The notes below the pieces were generated by a model. The model saw only the letters and a program-made list of their open reading frames with translations, had not been told where the DNA came from and did no database searches. A stretch of 64,000 bases of DNA from a virus, in the IMG/VR virus record IMGVR_UViG_3300049847_000198, positions 48,082 to 112,081 of that record; one strand, given 5' to 3'. A program made the translations under genes and the position numbers. Position 1 is the first letter of the stretch, and every line of letters starts with the position of its first letter. Below, one piece after another: positions 57,497 to 64,000 of this stretch.

Positions 57497-59164
57497 ATGA
57501 TGAGCATGACGGATTTTATTCCAGCCACGAAGAAACGTCAATCAGCCAGAAGACCGCATTCATTGACGGTCCCGAAGGAAATTCGGTTTGGCGATTTGCC
57601 GCCAGAATTGGCCAAGCATCCCGAAGAGGGACTCTGGATCGTCAGTTCGCTTTTTAGTCGCTCGCTTTACGATTCGCGGTACGAAAATGCCGATCAGTGG
57701 GTTCCGCTTAGCTCCAAGGTGATGGCGAAAATCGTCCGCAAAGAATGCGTCAAGAAGTGGCTTTCTTTTCTGGAACCAGAATTCATTAAGTGTCGGGGAA
57801 AGTCCTATCAGGCAGGCGTTAAGTCAAAGGAATACAGAATGAGCGACAAGTTCCGCCATCAGTCAGGGAAAACGATTCAAGTTCGAGACAAGATGGTCTC
57901 CGAGAAACTCGACGGCTGGCAGGCTGAACGAGAGGAATGGAAAGGCGACAAGACGCTGGAAATGCTTCTCAAACACCTCGACAAGATCACGATTCGGCGG
58001 CAGGCGGCCACGGACTACATCTACCATGAGAAGGACTACAGCGATCCGAGCATCAAGAACCCGGAGCACGCCAGAAACTGCGACGAGACATCAATCGAGG
58101 CGATGGCCTCAAAGCATCGCTTTTTCATCGTAGACAAGTACCGCAGAATCCACACGAACCTGACGAACATCTCGTCCGACCTGCGGCAGTTCTTGCGGCT
58201 ACGGAAAGGCGGAGACCTGAGCGTCGTAGACATCCGCAACAGCCAACCATTCATCTTCGGCTGCCTGCTTCACGAACTGCTCGGCATGAGCGACGACATT
58301 CGCGACATGGCGACGGCAGAGATCGCTAGGCGAGTTTACGAGTACGCCAACGACGCCATCGCAGAGGACGAAAACGAACGACGCCGAGACGTGAACAAGC
58401 GTAAACGTAGTGAACATCTGACGCCATCAAGTTCCGCTGCCGCCTCGTCCGCTCCCGTTCCCCCGCTCCATCCCACACCCTTATGTGTCGGGTTTTTGGC
58501 ACAAAATGACCACTTTGAGATTCGTAAGTCTGAACAGGAACTGGAGTTACGTCAATTTAATAGCGTGTGTCCACTGCCAGACACAAAAGGCGCAAGTAAA
58601 TACAAGGTAACGACTTACGAAAACACATCTCGCTCAATTCTGTCGATTTCGTCCGAATCCGTGGTCGCGGCGATCAGACTGGCAACGTGGCACAAATCCG
58701 AGATTCAGAGGTATTCAGACCTGTGCTCTCAGGGATTGCTCTACGAGTTTTTCGCGCAGCACTTGGCGACTGGGTCGGAACTCAAAGACCCGTTGAATCG
58801 TCGCCGCCTCAAGGAGTCGTTCTTCCAAGAGACCATCTACTGCAAGAGCGTGACGGCACCTGACAGGCAACTCAGGGATGTTTTTAAGAACGAGTTTCCG
58901 GGAGTCTGGAAGATCGCCTGTCAGCTAAAATCCTCTCACCATTCCGTGCTACCCAAGCTGATGCAGTTTTTAGAGAGCGGATACATCAGGAAGGCCGTCG
59001 AGATATTCGCTCAGAAGCATCAAAATCGCTTTGTAGCCACGATCCACGATTCCCTGATGGTTGAGCACTCTCTGGCTGAAGACGCTGAGGAAGCGATCAG
59101 GGACGCTTTCAGCGGCATTCCACTGATGGTGCATACCGAGCGGCTGTCGTGGCACGCTGGGTGA
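57497..59164 (+). CDS. Family-A/T7-like polymerase-fold protein, paralog 2
   Basis: RRIHTNLTNI, DIRNSQP, RRRLKESFF...Y, LMQFLES, TIHDS; collinear with 4430..5971; ATG 57497 preferred over the track start. Confidence 0.65.
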   Translation: MMSMTDFIPATKKRQSARRPHSLTVPKEIRFGDLPPELAKHPEEGLWIVSSLFSRSLYDSRYENADQWVPLSSKVMAKIVRKECVKKWLSFLEPEFIKCRGKSYQAGVKSKEYRMSDKFRHQSGKTIQVRDKMVSEKLDGWQAEREEWKGDKTLEMLLKHLDKITIRRQAATDYIYHEKDYSDPSIKNPEHARNCDETSIEAMASKHRFFIVDKYRRIHTNLTNISSDLRQFLRLRKGGDLSVVDIRNSQPFIFGCLLHELLGMSDDIRDMATAEIARRVYEYANDAIAEDENERRRDVNKRKRSEHLTPSSSAAASSAPVPPLHPTPLCVGFLAQNDHFEIRKSEQELELRQFNSVCPLPDTKGASKYKVTTYENTSRSILSISSESVVAAIRLATWHKSEIQRYSDLCSQGLLYEFFAQHLATGSELKDPLNRRRLKESFFQETIYCKSVTAPDRQLRDVFKNEFPGVWKIACQLKSSHHSVLPKLMQFLESGYIRKAVEIFAQKHQNRFVATIHDSLMVEHSLAEDAEEAIRDAFSGIPLMVHTERLSWHAG

Positions 59165-59165
59165 T

Positions 59166-59351
59166 TCAGTTCGGCTTGAACTCTTTCCACCAGAACGCAT
59201 CGAACGTCAGCCAGTCTCCGTGTAGTGATCGGTGGAACTGAACCTCGCCAGTCAGGCGATGGCGGCGAGAATCCATCTCGCGGCAGCGACCGTATTGCCA
59301 CGGCCAAAGAACGATGGCTGACCAAAAACGACCGAGCAGGCTACGTTTCAT
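59166..59351 (-). CDS. Small hypothetical protein
   Basis: 61-aa ORF. Confidence 0.4.
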   Translation of the reverse strand: MKRSLLGRFWSAIVLWPWQYGRCREMDSRRHRLTGEVQFHRSLHGDWLTFDAFWWKEFKPN

Positions 59352-59370
59352 TGGACTTTCCGTTTTTCGG

Positions 59371-59384
59371 GTGCCGCGCGGCAC
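59371..59384. repeat. parS-like palindrome (GTGCCGCGCGGCAC)
   Basis: TTCGGGTGCC..GGCACTCGAA; intergenic. Confidence 0.85.
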
Positions 59385-59390
59385 TCGAAT

Positions 59391-59660
59391 TCAATCGGTC
59401 AACTTCTTCCAGACGATTTGCCTTGGTTCGCCACGGATCGGGCCTTTCTTGAGGGCCGCTAAGAAACGATCAACATCTTCGCTCGGAAACGGGATCAAAC
59501 AGCCTCTCGTTGGCGGATATCCGCTGCACTGGCAATCGACATGGCAGTCGTCGGACAGTCGGATTGCCTGCGGTTCGGCGACTTTACCCGTGTCGGGTAT
59601 GCACCCGGCAATCGCAGCAGCCAGAGTGGCTGACGATTTCAGTAGGTCTCTGCGATTCAT
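59391..59660 (-). CDS. Putative Tat-exported lipoprotein
   Basis: MNRRDLLK twin-arginine motif plus lipobox IAGC; AGGAGG RBS. Confidence 0.55.
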   Translation of the reverse strand: MNRRDLLKSSATLAAAIAGCIPDTGKVAEPQAIRLSDDCHVDCQCSGYPPTRGCLIPFPSEDVDRFLAALKKGPIRGEPRQIVWKKLTD

Positions 59661-59890
59661 GCGACGGCCTCCTGTAAAAACGGGATATCGAGGAGAGACC
59701 GAACCTCGGTCTGTTTCATGCCGTTCTTCTTCAGCTTGTCCAAGATCGAACCGTACTCCACGTCCGAGAGTGACATTGCTGGTCCATTGAACCAGTTGAG
59801 CATGTCGGCGTGGGACATTGGCCAATGCGCCGACAACTCCGCGAGAGAACGATTTTGCATTGCGAAACGACTTTCTGTTTGAACTGTCAT
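59657..59890 (-). CDS. Hypothetical protein
   Basis: ATGA-coupled ORF. Confidence 0.5.
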   Translation of the reverse strand: MTVQTESRFAMQNRSLAELSAHWPMSHADMLNWFNGPAMSLSDVEYGSILDKLKKNGMKQTEVRSLLDIPFLQEAVA

Positions 59891-59928
59891 TTTCTTAAAC
59901 CAATGTGGATAAACGATTTAATTCTTAG

Positions 59929-59995
59929 GTGCCAGATGGCACTCGAAAATTCTTGTCAGGTATTCTCTGATAAAAACTCAGGTGCCGCGCGGCAC
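59929..59995. repeat. Two parS-like palindromes (59929-59942, 59982-59995)
   Basis: AGGTGCCAGATGGCACTCGAAAA and CAGGTGCCGCGCGGCACTCGAAAA, 53-bp spacing, AT-rich context. Confidence 0.85.
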
Positions 59996-60670
59996 TCGAA
60001 AAAACAGCAGACTGCAACGCGGCGAAATCAACAGATCAACATTATCCGATTTATCCACGAACTCTTCTTTCGTGGAATCGTACACGAGGCACTCCCAACC
60101 ATCAAATTGTTGTTTCGTCCAGAACGCCGAAACGTCCGTCATTCGGTAATTCGTCAGTTCGTTGATCGAGCAAAAAACAAAGTCCTTCGTTGCCTCTTTT
60201 GCCGCCTCAATCCACTGAAGCGGGCAGTCCGTCAACTCCAGAGAAGTCAGGCACCAGTTCGTTTTTCCAACGGCGAAATTGTGCATGACCGCTGGCCCAG
60301 CACACATCGCGTTGTTTACTATACCGTAACGAGACCCGATTCGCCAGAGTTGCTGGGGACTGTAGACGTTGACGACGATTTCTTGGAACGCTTTTTGGTA
60401 TTCGTCAATCGCTTTGGGAGCAGCCTCTCCGATAATGAGTCCTGTCCCCATATCTCCCGGCTCGTTCCTTCCAAAAACAGCCCTTCTAATAGCTCGGACG
60501 GCTGGCAGGAAACTTCCGCGTCCTCCCAACGTGGCTGAATTCCAGAAGGCGCATCTTCCTGCAAAAACGCCGGACGGGGCAGCGTGAACCTCGCGTGCTT
60601 CGATGAGCTTGAAAATTGGAGATGATACTCTTTTGCGCATGCCGCGTAGATTTTTCGCTTTTCCTGCCAT
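59978..60670 (-). CDS. Hypothetical protein (real start probably near 60451)
   Basis: Overlaps the upstream ORF; C-terminal half looks globular. Confidence 0.45.
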   Translation of the reverse strand: MAGKAKNLRGMRKRVSSPIFKLIEAREVHAAPSGVFAGRCAFWNSATLGGRGSFLPAVRAIRRAVFGRNEPGDMGTGLIIGEAAPKAIDEYQKAFQEIVVNVYSPQQLWRIGSRYGIVNNAMCAGPAVMHNFAVGKTNWCLTSLELTDCPLQWIEAAKEATKDFVFCSINELTNYRMTDVSAFWTKQQFDGWECLVYDSTKEEFVDKSDNVDLLISPRCSLLFFRVPRGT

Positions 60671-61266
60671 AGTTCATCCGATTCTTCAAAGCGACAGACC
60701 AGAATCACGTTACCGGGCGTGATCTCATGCTTAAAACAGAGCAACGCAGAAGCGATCTCGTCCACCTTGCCGGCATAGCCCTTGTTGTTTGACCACACGA
60801 TATCCGTGGCTGGCCCCTGAAGAATGATTGCCGCTGGAGTGACGTGGACCGCGATCCCGGTATTCTGGTGAAAGCTGCTCCACGGACCTTTCAGCCAGTG
60901 CCAGTGCGGGAACGATTCACGAGCGTCTTTTTCCCAAGGCGTACCACGATCAGGGATCAGAGTAGGGTAGTAGCCTAGTAGTTCAGCAAGGTGCATAAAG
61001 CCCGTGTCTGTGGGATGTATTTCAAGAACTGATCGTGCTGCCGATGAACCTTCGTGAAAGAAAGTCCCTGTCGCGAGCGGACTGTCGAGGATAAGTTTTG
61101 GCAACGCCTCGATTGCGATTTGTATCGCACGGGCAAGGAACGAATCCCTGAAATCTATCATCGTCTCCAGAGAGTCGCTGGCTAGTTCAGCATAGCATGG
61201 AGATGCGAGAGCGCGGCCCAAGATGTCTGCGATAGTCGCATTAAGATCGCTGGCTTCGGCACCCAT
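60319..61266 (-). CDS. Hypothetical protein
   Basis: 315-aa ORF; start uncertain. Confidence 0.5.
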   Translation of the reverse strand: MGAEASDLNATIADILGRALASPCYAELASDSLETMIDFRDSFLARAIQIAIEALPKLILDSPLATGTFFHEGSSAARSVLEIHPTDTGFMHLAELLGYYPTLIPDRGTPWEKDARESFPHWHWLKGPWSSFHQNTGIAVHVTPAAIILQGPATDIVWSNNKGYAGKVDEIASALLCFKHEITPGNVILVCRFEESDELWQEKRKIYAACAKEYHLQFSSSSKHARFTLPRPAFLQEDAPSGIQPRWEDAEVSCQPSELLEGLFLEGTSREIWGQDSLSERLLPKRLTNTKKRSKKSSSTSTVPSNSGESGLVTV

Positions 61267-61888
61267 TCAGTTGGTTCCCGTTGAGAGCATTAAACTGGTC
61301 GCGCCCGCAGTTTTTGAAAGAGTGAAAATCCCTTGCAGGAAGTTTCTTCGTCAGTGTCAGTTCGGAATCATACATCCTCTTGTCGTTGCGTCGAGTGGAG
61401 AGATCATTGATGGCAATCGTCGTTATATGGCGTGCCGCGTATGGTCGCACGAAGTTGTTCCAGTAAAGGTCGCGGAATCAAAGCTAAATAGAGACTCGAT
61501 CGTGCGCTTGGCGATATTCTTGAATTCACACAGGAAGCGGCAGTTATCGCTCGCGGTTGGTGACGGTGAGCAATACGACGATCCGGTGCCAGTTGAACCA
61601 GACGACCTGGAGTCGCGCCTCAAACATGCCAGAACCGTTCTGGACTGGAGGATCGAGGACGACATTTCGTTCTCTAAGATAGTTTCCAGAAGACGCGCTG
61701 AGTTCAGTGCCGACTACGAGTCGGTGGTTGAGTCAGCTTTGGAGACGGCGAGGTCTCTGAAATCGTTCTGTTCGCTGTGGGATGATGAACCGCCTCTGCC
61801 TCTAGCCGCTGCTGCCCGCTGTGCCAAGGACGCTTTATTTCAGCTATCCCTGCTTCAAAATTCTTCGAGACGAGAAGTGCTGAAGTGA
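61223..61888 (+). CDS. ParB N-terminal domain protein
   Basis: GIIHPLVV....IIDGNRRYMAC...VVPV...LNSHR. Confidence 0.75.
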   Translation: MSAIVALRSLASAPIQLVPVESIKLVAPAVFERVKIPCRKFLRQCQFGIIHPLVVASSGEIIDGNRRYMACRVWSHEVVPVKVAESKLNRDSIVRLAIFLNSHRKRQLSLAVGDGEQYDDPVPVEPDDLESRLKHARTVLDWRIEDDISFSKIVSRRRAEFSADYESVVESALETARSLKSFCSLWDDEPPLPLAAAARCAKDALFQLSLLQNSSRREVLK

Positions 61889-61889
61889 C

Positions 61890-61918
61890 TGGATTTTTGT
61901 TGTTTGTTTTGGTAAACT
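61890..61918 (+). promoter_or_regulatory. Phage promoter motif (TGGATT-N17-TAAACT), likely leaderless transcript
   Basis: TGTTTGTTTTGG spacer; ATG 6 nt after the -10 box. Confidence 0.55.
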
Positions 61919-61924
61919 GGCTGA

Positions 61925-62260
61925 ATGAAGACCAAAAAGACATTCAAGAGCCTGACCAATCAGGGATTGCTTACCGTCGATCTGTCGCACGGTCCAAATC
62001 CAGACGTTGAGATGCCTGGATCGCCGATGGGTTATTGGTCTACGCCGATTGCTCGTGGATCGTTGATGCGGACTTGCTGCGTGTCTCTGGAGTTCGCGCA
62101 GAAGCGATGTCGCCAATACATCGAACGCAACGCTATTGGTGGCGGCAACTGGACTGGCGGATTGCTGTGCGTTGATGGCGAACCGATTGGTCGCGTCAGC
62201 TACAATGGTCGTGCGTGGGACTTGGAAGACAAAGAACTCACGGAGATTCCGAGACCATGA
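61925..62260 (+). CDS. Conserved phage hypothetical protein
   Basis: IGGGNWTGG...GRVSYNGRAW. Confidence 0.65.
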   Translation: MKTKKTFKSLTNQGLLTVDLSHGPNPDVEMPGSPMGYWSTPIARGSLMRTCCVSLEFAQKRCRQYIERNAIGGGNWTGGLLCVDGEPIGRVSYNGRAWDLEDKELTEIPRP

Positions 62261-62404
62261 AAAAGAAGCCTTCAAACACGAACGATGTTCCGGGAATGGT
62301 TTCGACGGGACGAACAAAAGAGTCCAAGCATGGATTCGTTCTTTACGAAGTTCGACTCAGCGACGGTAGTTTGACTTGGATTTCCGTTCCACCAAACGAC
62401 ACGA

Positions 62405-63388
62405 ATGAATAATCGCATGGACGACGAACAAAGAGTCGAGCAGATGATCGCTGACGGCAAGCAGATCACTCAGCAAGCCATTGAGCACTTCAATCCAATC
62501 GCCGTGATGTCGGCGTATTCTGGCGGCGACGATTCCATCGTCAGCACGCACTTCGGATGCGAGAACTTTTCTTCAGGAGTCGTTCATTGCAGAACAGGAA
62601 TCGGAGTCCAGAAGACTTACGATCATGTTCACGCGGTCTGCGAAAAGAGAAGCTGGAGCCTGTCAGAGTATTTCGCGAAGCCTGAAGGCAAGCGTGCTTA
62701 TGCGAAGGTTCGCAACGCTTCTGGAAAGCTAACCAGAATCCCGTGTGACGGTTCAGTGTTTCCTGGAGGCAAGTGGACTGACGGCGCAACGTCCTATGAA
62801 GAATACGTTCTGAACTTCGGATTTCCGGGACCAGCGCAGCATGGGCGTATGTTTCAAAGACTGAAGCAACGCGGCTTGAACGCCATGCGTCGCGACCTTA
62901 AACGTGGCCACAAGAAAACTGATTGCATTCTGGTTATTAGCGGCATCAGAGGTGACGAGTCAGCGATTCGTGCTGGCTACAAACGGGCTGTTCAGAAAGA
63001 CGGATCACTTGTTTGGGTGAACCCTTTCTACTGGAAGACGGCGGCTGACTTTGAAGCGTATCGTCAAGAGTTCGGCCTGCCGAGAAACCCGGTCAGCAAG
63101 ATCATCGGCATCAGCGGAGAGTGTCTTTGTGGAGCATTTGCCAGTGAAGGCGAACTGAACCTTGTCGAGAAAGTTGATCCGCAGATTGCGGCGTACATTC
63201 GAGAACTTGAGACTCGCGTTGCCGCTCAAGGCTTCCCGTGGGGCTGGGGTTCTGGTGGCCCACCGAATTGGTGGTTGAAGGCGAAGCGTAACGCAAAGAT
63301 CGGACAGGCCGCTCTCTTTGAAGAATATGAACCATCGTTCATGCCGATGTGTGTCGGCTGTGTTCGCAAACGAATTGTGCGTGCGTGA
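62405..63388 (+). CDS. PAPS reductase-family (PP-loop) protein
   Basis: AYSGGDDS, CRTG, LKQR, ISGIRGDESAIR, VNPF..W, SGECLCGAFA. Confidence 0.85.
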   Translation: MNNRMDDEQRVEQMIADGKQITQQAIEHFNPIAVMSAYSGGDDSIVSTHFGCENFSSGVVHCRTGIGVQKTYDHVHAVCEKRSWSLSEYFAKPEGKRAYAKVRNASGKLTRIPCDGSVFPGGKWTDGATSYEEYVLNFGFPGPAQHGRMFQRLKQRGLNAMRRDLKRGHKKTDCILVISGIRGDESAIRAGYKRAVQKDGSLVWVNPFYWKTAADFEAYRQEFGLPRNPVSKIIGISGECLCGAFASEGELNLVEKVDPQIAAYIRELETRVAAQGFPWGWGSGGPPNWWLKAKRNAKIGQAALFEEYEPSFMPMCVGCVRKRIVRA

Positions 63389-63391
63389 CGC

Positions 63392-63419
63392 TTGAAATTC
63401 TTGTTCGTTTTGCTAAAAT
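63392..63419 (+). promoter_or_regulatory. Phage promoter motif TTGAAA-N16-TAAAAT
   Basis: TGTTCGTTTTGC spacer. Confidence 0.65.
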
Positions 63420-63464
63420 ACTCGCCGCGATAAACGAAACCAACACATCGAAAGGAAATCTGAA

Positions 63465-63758
63465 ATGGTAATTGACGGAATCGAGTATCGGCCTGTTACG
63501 GACTCTTCGAGTCCGGTCAAGATTGTCGTGTGTGATCGAGGATTCGTCTTGGTTGGACGAGTCGAGATCAAAGACAGCTACGTCACCATTTCGGACTGCT
63601 CGTGCATTCGCAATTGGGGAACATCGAAAGGTCTTGGCGAGATTGCTTCAGGAGGGCCAACCTCTTCAACAAAGATGGACGCTCAGCCGACAACGCGAGT
63701 CCACGAACTTCAGGTCGTCCAGTTGATTGATTGCGAGGCCAGCAAATGGAAGCTGTGA
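63465..63758 (+). CDS. DUF6948-like small phage protein
   Basis: IVVCDRGFVLVG, IRNWGTSKGLGEIA.GP. Confidence 0.7.
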   Translation: MVIDGIEYRPVTDSSSPVKIVVCDRGFVLVGRVEIKDSYVTISDCSCIRNWGTSKGLGEIASGGPTSSTKMDAQPTTRVHELQVVQLIDCEASKWKL

Positions 63759-63964
63759 TTTCTGTCGGCAACGGCAACGGCGACGGCAACGGCAACGGCA
63801 ACGGCAACGGCGACGGCGACGGCTACGGCAACGGCTACGGCTACGGCAACGGCAACGGCAACGGCTACGGCTACGGCTACGGCTACGGCTACGGCAACGG
63901 CTACGGCTACGGCTACGGCTACGGCTACGGCAACGGCTACGGCGACGGCTACGGCGACGGCTAA
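63746..63964 (+). CDS. Gly-X repeat peptide
   Basis: (G-N/D/Y)n, overlapping the upstream stop. Confidence 0.55.
   Translation: MEAVISVGNGNGDGNGNGNGNGDGDGYGNGYGYGNGNGNGYGYGYGYGYGNGYGYGYGYGYGNGYGDGYGDG
63767..63961 (+). repeat. Hexamer tandem repeat (GGC-[AGT]AC) x ~32
   Basis: Directly visible. Confidence 0.95.
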
Positions 63965-64000
63965 AACTGCCAGGCATCCAGATGTTTGCTGACGAAGAAG

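Noticed and set aside
63767-63961. DGR template/variable repeat
   Set aside because: AAC-like codons vary, but there is no reverse transcriptase or TR/VR pair in the window; tandem slippage explains it.
63666-63977. Arg/Ser/Cys-rich minus-strand ORFs
   Set aside because: Antisense reading of the hexamer repeat.
1-64000. CRISPR array
   Set aside because: No regularly spaced repeat-spacer series; the palindromes are dispersed, and the pair at 59929/59982 is only two copies.
1-64000. Genome-wide UGA recoding suggested by the UCA-readable tRNA
   Set aside because: Many genes end in TGA with ATGA coupling, and conserved genes are intact under the standard code.
1-64000. Integrase, att site, ParA, capsid or portal genes
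   Set aside because: None recognisable in this window, so lifestyle cannot be determined.

Overview
A 64-kb segment of a large tailed dsDNA phage or prophage. Genes lie mostly on the minus strand and are tightly packed. The host is not determinable; a Planctomycetota-like host is only a guess from gene style. All family assignments come from motif recognition by eye, not database searches. Virion genes are scattered: tape-measure-like ORF, tail tube, terminase small and large subunits, head-tail adaptor and Ser/Thr-rich fibre proteins. Replication and recombination genes include a beta clamp, an intein-containing SF2 helicase, an ERF annealase, a 5'-3' exonuclease and an RNase H fold. Host-like regulators (HU, CsrA) are present, plus a ~13-kb glycosylation cluster with split HldE kinase and adenylyltransferase, two GT9 enzymes, other glycosyltransferases and methyltransferases. 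Four signals stand out. (1) A dispersed parS-like palindrome, TCAGGTGCC-N4-GGCACTCGAAA, occurs in 8-9 copies; one is inside a ParB-like gene and six lie in or near the polymerase-like genes. (2) Two distant paralogs of an uncharacterised family-A/T7-like polymerase each carry the same 25-nt DNA motif in different reading frames, a candidate intragenic origin or recognition site. (3) A tRNA has an 8-nt anticodon loop readable as UUC or UCA. (4) The phage encodes a probable ADP-heptose/heptosyltransferase pathway.
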